A DNA stretch of 64,000 nt from an uncultured virus (IMG/VR IMGVR_UViG_3300035670_000133) (Duplodnaviria > Heunggongvirae > Uroviricota > Caudoviricetes), in the IMG/VR virus record IMGVR_UViG_3300035670_000133; one strand, 5' to 3'. The notes under the pieces are model-generated. The model was not told the DNA's origin, did no database searches, and saw nothing but the letters and a program-made list of their open reading frames with translations. The stretch's first letter is position 1; every line of letters begins with the position of its first letter. A program made the translations under genes and the position numbers. This document shows positions 57,601 to 64,000 of the stretch, piece after piece.

Positions 57601-59145
57601 ATGGCACGAAGAAAAGGCTCCGACGACTTTGGTTGGCAAGGGCATCAACCAAAGAAATCGAAGTTCAAATTTTCTTCGTTTGAGGGAGCCAGCTCTGCGC
57701 ATCAGCTCGGCTCCCCGATGCCGTTTAAGCGAAAGTTTAGACCAGATTTTAATTTAAAAGATTTCAGTATTCTCTTTGACTACAACTATGCGTCTATGTG
57801 GACGCGTTGGCGGAGAGGGTATGAGCTTTATATGTACGCCAATCAGGCATACGTAGGTCTTAACTACTCTTTTCGATATTGGACAACAGGCACCGTGGGA
57901 ATCGGGGCAGCACTCCCTGGTGTCTGCTACATGTACCCTTCCATGAGCCAGGATATGGCCATGAGAATGGTTGCTATTAGACCTAGAGATTCGTTTAATT
58001 TCTTAGATTTTGGTTATGCGATTAAATCAGTCACCAAGACAAGTGACACTATTTACGCTGTAGAACTTACAAGTAATTTTGGACCTCCAATTTCATTTTT
58101 TCAAGGTGAAGTTCTTTCAGATCGGTTCGATGCTACCGGCACAGAGAAGACTACATATAACAACTACACAGTAGTCGGAGTCGGCAATGGGACAACTCCC
58201 TTAACACCAGGCTTTGCTCCTATCTTTAACAGTATTTTTATCTCACTAGATACAAATAACAGCTGGTCCGTTATTGATAACGAGACGCTTCAGGCTCCTG
58301 CATCGCCGCCTACTCCGGGTGAGTATTTCACCACGGAGATGAGATTTGGTTGTAATTGTCCAGACTACCTAGCTCGTGAAGATTTTAATCTTTATGAGTA
58401 CAGCTTAAAGAGAAGATACCCTTATACACCTCCTCAGGATTTAAAACCAGGCCAGTATGACGCCGGCAACGACTATCAAGCCGGTAGGACATCACCGTCA
58501 CGAGACTATCCAGGGTTTAGTCGTGACTTCGGTTTTTTATATGTAAAGAAAATACTGGATCTACCTGCATATTCTGATGGATCTAAAGTTTACTCAGATC
58601 CTAATCTTCTTTATTTTGCGCCTAGGTGGTGTAAACATATTTATGCGTCCTTTTGGGATATGCAAAACCGCTTCGGGACTGATGTTTTTTCCCAAGCGTG
58701 GTTAGCTCAACCAAGTGATGAGCCTATGGATGATCGATATCGCGATGAATTTGAGATGAATCTTGCTAAGCAAACGACGTTTGAGAAGCGTCAGCAGAGG
58801 CTTCGTTGGTGGGAAAAGTATTCTCCTTCTCAGAATACAGTACCAAATCACATGATGTACCCAGATATGCACCCAACTATGATCAAGACGCTTAACTTTG
58901 ACACATTAGCGTCAGGTACATCGACTGCAATGACGCCTAGTGGCTTTGAGATGTTCAAGATAAATCAGTACAACCCTTTTGCTCCCCCAGATCCAGCAAT
59001 CACACCCCGGCTAGACGGAGGTACCTACAGTAACGGGGTTTTAGTTAGCGGCGCTACTTTGATTTATGATGGCGGTCAGTACTCAAACGGTGTACTGATA
59101 CCTTATCCCTCTTATCCATCGCTTATAAACGGAGGCACTTACTGA
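57601..59145 (+). CDS. Hypothetical protein with split SWIM-like Zn motif
   Basis: CNCPDY...WCKHI; C-terminal DGGxYSNGV repeats. Confidence 0.65.
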   Translation: MARRKGSDDFGWQGHQPKKSKFKFSSFEGASSAHQLGSPMPFKRKFRPDFNLKDFSILFDYNYASMWTRWRRGYELYMYANQAYVGLNYSFRYWTTGTVGIGAALPGVCYMYPSMSQDMAMRMVAIRPRDSFNFLDFGYAIKSVTKTSDTIYAVELTSNFGPPISFFQGEVLSDRFDATGTEKTTYNNYTVVGVGNGTTPLTPGFAPIFNSIFISLDTNNSWSVIDNETLQAPASPPTPGEYFTTEMRFGCNCPDYLAREDFNLYEYSLKRRYPYTPPQDLKPGQYDAGNDYQAGRTSPSRDYPGFSRDFGFLYVKKILDLPAYSDGSKVYSDPNLLYFAPRWCKHIYASFWDMQNRFGTDVFSQAWLAQPSDEPMDDRYRDEFEMNLAKQTTFEKRQQRLRWWEKYSPSQNTVPNHMMYPDMHPTMIKTLNFDTLASGTSTAMTPSGFEMFKINQYNPFAPPDPAITPRLDGGTYSNGVLVSGATLIYDGGQYSNGVLIPYPSYPSLINGGTY

Positions 59146-59146
59146 T

Positions 59147-59713
59147 ATGGCATCTACTCCAGTTATACTACTTTCTAAGCGATCTGGTAATTCTTCTGAT
59201 CGCCCAAATACATCTACGGTTCAAGCTGGCGAAGCCGCCATGAGCTTCGGTGCCGCTGACCCTGGTCTGTACTTTAAGGATTCTGCTGGAAGCATTCGGA
59301 AGTTTGGATCAAATCACTACGGGACTACAGCTCCTAATTCTGCTCCTGTTGGTTCAACGGGGAATTCTGTAGGAGAAACCTGGGTCGATTCATCAAGCAG
59401 CAGTTACTACCTTCGCGTCTGGACTGGAGCCTCGTGGCAGAAAGTTGGAGCCGGCTTTGCAGATACAACCAACACAGCCAACAGCGCTACAACCGCTGGA
59501 AGTGCTGCAACTGCAACCGTAGCTAACTCTGCTGTCGTAGCCAGCGGCGCCCTTTCGTCAGTTGTAGCCAGCGGCGCCCTTTCGTCAGTTGTAGCCAGCG
59601 GAATACAAGTAGTTACTACTTTACCCGCTGCCTCAACCGGGTACCTTGTATATCTAAATGCAGGAGCTAGCGGTCTTTATGTGTCGGCCAACGGAGGTTG
59701 GATCCTCACATAG
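59147..59713 (+). CDS. Tail fibre-like protein
   Basis: KRS...RP...GE...PGLYFKDSAG and GETWVD...LRVWTG..W motifs typical of phage fibre N-termini. Confidence 0.7.
   Translation: MASTPVILLSKRSGNSSDRPNTSTVQAGEAAMSFGAADPGLYFKDSAGSIRKFGSNHYGTTAPNSAPVGSTGNSVGETWVDSSSSSYYLRVWTGASWQKVGAGFADTTNTANSATTAGSAATATVANSAVVASGALSSVVASGALSSVVASGIQVVTTLPAASTGYLVYLNAGASGLYVSANGGWILT
59537..59601 (+). repeat. 27-bp tandem repeat (about 2.4 copies)
   Basis: GTAGCCAGCGGCGCCCTTTCGTCAGTT repeated exactly; encodes VASGALSSV. Confidence 0.9.
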
Positions 59714-60248
59714 AACCTCTAAGTGTAGCCTTTAGCATCCACGCTCCTTTAAACAGATTGCCGCAGATCTCAGCTGAAAAGTTTTCAACGTCCGGAGCGC
59801 CAGTCTCACGAGCTACTTCTGTCAGATTTTTGGCCAACATAGCGCCTGCTTCAAGGTTTTTAGTGTAGAGAATCAAACCTTCGCGGGCGTCATAGGTTTT
59901 TACGGAGGGGAATTTTTTGTAAGCGTCAAAAAGGCCGCATTGGCAGGCTGGCATCAGATAGTCCATGCTTCGGACTAACTCAGCGATGGTGTCAAAATCG
60001 GTTACATGTTGAGCATATTGCTCACCTAAGAAGTCGTGAACAGCTAAAAAGTTAGAGCACTCAACATTCAGATGCAGAAGATGAGCTTGGATATTTAGCT
60101 GGTATAAATATGAGGCAAAGGAGACCATCTGATAAGCAAGGTTATCAGGCGTGGCCTCCTTTGTGATAATCACCTCCTCTTTAACGACTTCTTGTGTCGG
60201 CGCTTCAGTCGCGCTTTGGAAGATATCGGCCAAAGAGGAGGTGTTCAT
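59706..60248 (-). CDS. dps: Dps/ferritin-like protein
   Basis: HLNV...F..VH..L.EQY......D.IAE ferroxidase pattern; C-terminal WML. Confidence 0.8.
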   Translation of the reverse strand: MNTSSLADIFQSATEAPTQEVVKEEVIITKEATPDNLAYQMVSFASYLYQLNIQAHLLHLNVECSNFLAVHDFLGEQYAQHVTDFDTIAELVRSMDYLMPACQCGLFDAYKKFPSVKTYDAREGLILYTKNLEAGAMLAKNLTEVARETGAPDVENFSAEICGNLFKGAWMLKATLRGSM

Positions 60249-60257
60249 TGTTAAGGG

Positions 60258-60509
60258 TCAGACAGCGCAAGCAGCGCTTTCTTCTACTTTAACCTCTTCC
60301 GAGCCAGAACTAAGGTAAGCCTCAAGAGCGTCCTTATTGATGCGGTAGAGAGACTTCACACCGTTGGGCTGCAGATTGACGAAGATGCCCTTCGGCCAGC
60401 CACCGGGCTGGTTGGACTCGGTCAGCATGATGCGCTTGCGTACAAAGCCTGCGGAGCAGTTCAGAAGCTCAGCGGTCTGAGCGATGGTCAGGAGCCGTGC
60501 GGAATCCAT
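60258..60509 (-). CDS. Excisionase/MerR-like HTH protein
   Basis: LLTIAQTAELLNCS...YRINKDALEAYL. Confidence 0.75.
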   Translation of the reverse strand: MDSARLLTIAQTAELLNCSAGFVRKRIMLTESNQPGGWPKGIFVNLQPNGVKSLYRINKDALEAYLSSGSEEVKVEESAACAV

Positions 60510-60643
60510 TTAATTTGACGTTGTTGATGACGACAACGAAAGGAGGTTAGCAGGAATCTTCATGAAGAAAGTCTGTGATCTCGGGTTTTATATTGATTTA
60601 ACTTTTGACACGGTAGACTGTAGAGACGCGTGAGACGCAAGCC

Positions 60644-60892
60644 GTGGCCATCCGAATCGCAGGCGAAAAATTTTCTGGGTACAACCAGCCTCGACGTGAT
60701 TCAGATGGCGGCAAGAAGTTCGTTGTCGCCGCGAAGGAAGGTGATCAGGTGCGCTTGGTACGTTTCGGCGATCCTAATATGACTATCAAGAAGCATATTC
60801 CAGAGCGGAGAGAAAACTTCAGAGCACGTCATAACTGCGATAACCCAGGAAGTAAACTCAAGGCACGTTACTGGGCTTGCAAAAGCTGGTAG
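60644..60892 (+). CDS. Conserved viral basic protein
   Basis: KKFVV...VRFGD...FRARHNCD...ARYWACK. Confidence 0.75.
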   Translation: MAIRIAGEKFSGYNQPRRDSDGGKKFVVAAKEGDQVRLVRFGDPNMTIKKHIPERRENFRARHNCDNPGSKLKARYWACKSW

Positions 60893-60924
60893 GTTCTATG
60901 GAATTAGTGAGTTGACTTAGACTT

Positions 60925-61176
60925 TTGTCAGACGCACAAGGAGCAGTGAAAGACGAGCACGGACACATCCGAGTGGGTCTAACACTTGAAGACGATTTCA
61001 CGCTACAGCGCCTTAAGAACGCCGCCCATGCTCTGAAAGGGGAGGCTCATGATCAGTATTTGTGGAAAACAATCTTTCGTTTTGTGTGTCGAGAACGTGC
61101 TTATAAGTCGGTTATGGAGGAGATCGGCGTGGCTATTGACACTAATATAGATATATTCGAAGACTCTGAAGACTAA
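60925..61176 (+). CDS. Second, divergent NblA-like protein
   Basis: LTLEDDF.L...DQYL...CRERAYKSVM resembles the NblA LSLEQQF...RE..Y pattern. Confidence 0.55.
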   Translation: MSDAQGAVKDEHGHIRVGLTLEDDFTLQRLKNAAHALKGEAHDQYLWKTIFRFVCRERAYKSVMEEIGVAIDTNIDIFEDSED

Positions 61177-61212
61177 TACCTTTCAGGGTCGCTAACTTTC
61201 AAAGTTTGGGCG

Positions 61213-61971
61213 ATGAGTTACACGACAGAGCAACTAAAAGAGATCGCTCGTCAAAAAGCTAGGGACTTCGGTGTCAACGAAGATATATTTTTACGTCTTA
61301 TCCAGAAGGAATCGACCTGGAACCCACAGGCTACAAGTAAGGCAGGGGCGCAGGGTCTTGGGCAGTTGATGCCTGGTACTGCTAGAGAGGTCGGTGTTTC
61401 CAATCCGTATGATCCAGTTCAAAGCTTAACGGGTAGTGCTCGTTACCTTGCCAACCAGTTAAAACGGTTTGGTAGTTACGATAAAGCACTTGCAGCGTAC
61501 AACGCTGGACCTGGTAACGTTGAGCGGTACGGAGGCATTCCACCGTTCTCTGAGACGCAAAACTACGTTAAGACCATCCTGGGTTCCCAGAAATCACGTC
61601 AGGTTACAACGAAGCCGCCACAAGCAGTAGAAACGCGAGAAGCCGCTACCAGCGATAAGGGGAGTAAGTTACTAAATACTTTTATTGATCTATTGTCTGT
61701 AACTGGTGGCCGATTTTTAGGGCCGCAGTCTTCTGTGCCTCAGGTGGATATTCCCAGCTATGAGAACGACACGTACACGCCTCAAGATCAAGAGTTAGAT
61801 ATTGTCCTGAATGCTGTTTCAGATCAAAAGAAACAGGAAGCTTATGAAGATCTTCTTAGGCAAGAGAGTCTTCGAGAATTGGAAACCAACGCTGCAGCTG
61901 CGGAACGAGCTCGGTCGCAGTTGTTAGCGCAAGCTCTCAGCTCGTTCTCTACACCTTCAGCAACTATTTAG
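61213..61971 (+). CDS. Lytic transglycosylase (SLT)
   Basis: [30 protein letters not shown]. Confidence 0.93.
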   Translation: MSYTTEQLKEIARQKARDFGVNEDIFLRLIQKESTWNPQATSKAGAQGLGQLMPGTAREVGVSNPYDPVQSLTGSARYLANQLKRFGSYDKALAAYNAGPGNVERYGGIPPFSETQNYVKTILGSQKSRQVTTKPPQAVETREAATSDKGSKLLNTFIDLLSVTGGRFLGPQSSVPQVDIPSYENDTYTPQDQELDIVLNAVSDQKKQEAYEDLLRQESLRELETNAAAAERARSQLLAQALSSFSTPSATI

Positions 61972-62004
61972 ACGTATAATCATCTAGGAGCTTTACTTAA
62001 GTCG

Positions 62005-63399
62005 ATGAGTTTCGCCGTAGGAGTAGACGTACCCGTCAGTCAAATGCCTGCAGGTATGGCCTTTGACGGAGCAAGCGGCGGAGGCATCGGCCAAAGCATC
62101 CTAGGTGGTATCGGCAAGGGTATCCTGAGTGGCTTGGATTCTGCCGTGGGCGGCGGATCTCAGGGGTCTGAGGGTTACGGTAGTCGTACTCCTTACACAG
62201 ACCGCACACGCGACATGCTTAGCTACCTTATAAAGGAGGCTATTGCTTCGTTTGAACCCGCAAAAGCAACTATTTCCTGAGTTTCGTTAGAGGTTTTTTA
62301 CAATGCCTGCCACCGCTGCTGACTTTCCCAATACGAGCTATGAAAACGTTTCTGAGCCTATCTCCTCTGCAGCCGGCCCAGGAAAAATTGGATTTGCGGG
62401 AACTCCTATTGAATCTTTAAATATTGGCAACCTAGAAAACCTGAATCGATTAGCAGGTAATCTTGGTGTGCTTTTCGGTCAAGGCAGCTCGGCTTTTGAT
62501 ATTGAAGATTCGATAAAAGATTTAAAAAATATGTACAAACAAACTAGAAAGGCGATAAATAATCGGATGGCGCGGATATACCCTGAATTGACTGGAATGA
62601 CGGGAGAAGAGGCGCTTAACAAGTACTACGACGCATTTGCTAATACTATCTCTGATGTATCTGCTAGGGGCCGTGCTGATCTGGGTGTTTCCCCAGATAT
62701 TTCATCTGAATACAATCGTTTAAATACGCGTGTACAAGATATTCAAAATCAGTATTCGCTATCTGGACGTTTAGGAGGTTATGAAAACCTCGCGTTAAAC
62801 CCACCCGTGGTAGCTATGGATGTCGCGTCCATACGTAATACGGCAGATTGGGTTGACCCAACGACTAATCAAATAAAAGGTAAATATAAGGCCATGTATG
62901 ACTACCGAGATCCTCAAACTCAACAGTTTATTTATGGTTCTCGTAACACTGCAGATGCCATTGGTAAGTACTATAACACAAGTGGTGATGTAGCTGGCCT
63001 TATGAGTTACAGCAACGTTGGTTTGTCCTGATGTCTCAGCTTCCACGCTCGCCTTTAGAGCGGCGAGCTGAATCGTTTATTAATCGAAGAGGTAATCGAC
63101 CGGGACGGGAACCGCATTCGTTTCGTTTAGCCGGTGATATTTTTAATACTGGCGCTCGTGACAAAGTACGGAGCGTAGAACGTGAGTCTCGCCAACGCTT
63201 ACAAGCCGAGCGTGTAGTCGGCGTGGGCTTTGGCGAGAAAGACAACTACGGTCCAGATAACAGTTGGGACACGCAAGACGCACTCAAGTATACACCCGAC
63301 CCAGCGTACTATAAAGGTCACAAAAGTTATGCACCGCTTGCAGGTACTCCTCGCGAGGTGGCAGATAGTAAACGAAACCAAACACCTTCGTATCAATAG
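62005..63399 (+). other. Three hypothetical genes (62005, 62303, 63031)
   Basis: Co-oriented, closely spaced ORFs after the SLT gene. Confidence 0.6.
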
Positions 63400-63874
63400 G
63401 CTTTAAATCTTTCTCACGAAGTAAGTGAGGCTTTTCACTCAGGACGCAGAGGGGAAAATCAAAACCTATCTTTTGTGTAACTAGCAGAGCAACTTCAGTC
63501 GAAGTTAAAAATATTACGGCTTGCTCGAACTCATTTCTAAGCCATTTGTTGTAAGCAAGTTCAAGCCACACGCGCTGTGCAGACTTTTTAAACCTTAGAT
63601 TCTTTCGAAACAGCCTCGTATCTTTAGGCTGTTCGTCGCCGTTCAAGATACTTCTTGGAGGAAATAAATAAACATTTTTTGACCTCCATTCTTGATTCAG
63701 TCCGTTATTGTGCCAGGAAATATACTTTTGTGCCTGAACAACTAAGTTTGCCTGTTCGCTGGAAGCTGGATCTAGTTCGATCTCACCTCCAAAGAGAGAC
63801 GCCGTGGTAGCTATTAACTCTGGAGGCGATACGAAGTCTTCGTCAGAGAATGAGACTGTTTGATAATTCATCAA
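63284..63874 (-). CDS. Phage N6-adenine methyltransferase-like protein with altered motif IV
   Basis: SPPELI...IELDPAS...NGL.QEW...VYLFPPR, where NPPY is expected. Confidence 0.7.
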   Translation of the reverse strand: MMNYQTVSFSDEDFVSPPELIATTASLFGGEIELDPASSEQANLVVQAQKYISWHNNGLNQEWRSKNVYLFPPRSILNGDEQPKDTRLFRKNLRFKKSAQRVWLELAYNKWLRNEFEQAVIFLTSTEVALLVTQKIGFDFPLCVLSEKPHLLREKDLKPIDTKVFGFVYYLPPREEYLQAVHNFCDLYSTLGRVYT

Positions 63875-64000
63875 TTTTTTTGTTGGCTTCCACAGGATCT
63901 ACAAGATGTACACAGATCTCGTTCAACTGAACCATCGCAATAAGCGCAAGATCTGAATCGGATTCTTTCTCAACGACTCGAATGATTTTGCTGAACAGAG

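Noticed and set aside
60258..60509. Evidence of lysogeny from the excisionase-like gene
   Set aside because: No integrase or att site in the window; such HTH proteins are common in lytic phages.
1..64000. CRISPR array, reverse transcriptase/DGR, integrase, rRNA
   Set aside because: I saw no regularly spaced repeats, RT motifs, recombinase motifs or rRNA sequence. The boxA motifs are not followed by rRNA.

Overview
The window is a 64-kb segment of a large tailed dsDNA phage. The host is most likely a cyanobacterium, inferred from two nblA-like genes, a DUF4278-type peptide, an NtcA-like site and cyanobacterial-type boxA motifs. The left arm (1-25.3 kb, mostly minus strand) holds small early genes, cell-wall-acting proteins, dCTP deaminase, a MoxR/RavA AAA+ plus VWA operon, and replication genes (PolA, SSB, PD-(D/E)xK nuclease, primase start). 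An ORF-free 1.4-kb switch region (25.3-26.7 kb) contains a densely structured ~800-nt minus-strand leader RNA with two rRNA-type boxA motifs. The right arm (mostly plus strand) holds three tRNA or tRNA-like genes, a candidate sRNA, a glycosylation cluster around the terminase, portal, scaffold, virion proteins, Dps and an SLT lysin. Its major capsid gene is split by two group I introns, with a 12-nt first exon and a LAGLIDADG endonuclease in intron 2. The strongest candidate for a new system is boxA-based RNA antitermination spanning the early leader and capsid intron 1. All calls are by eye; no searches or folding programs were run.
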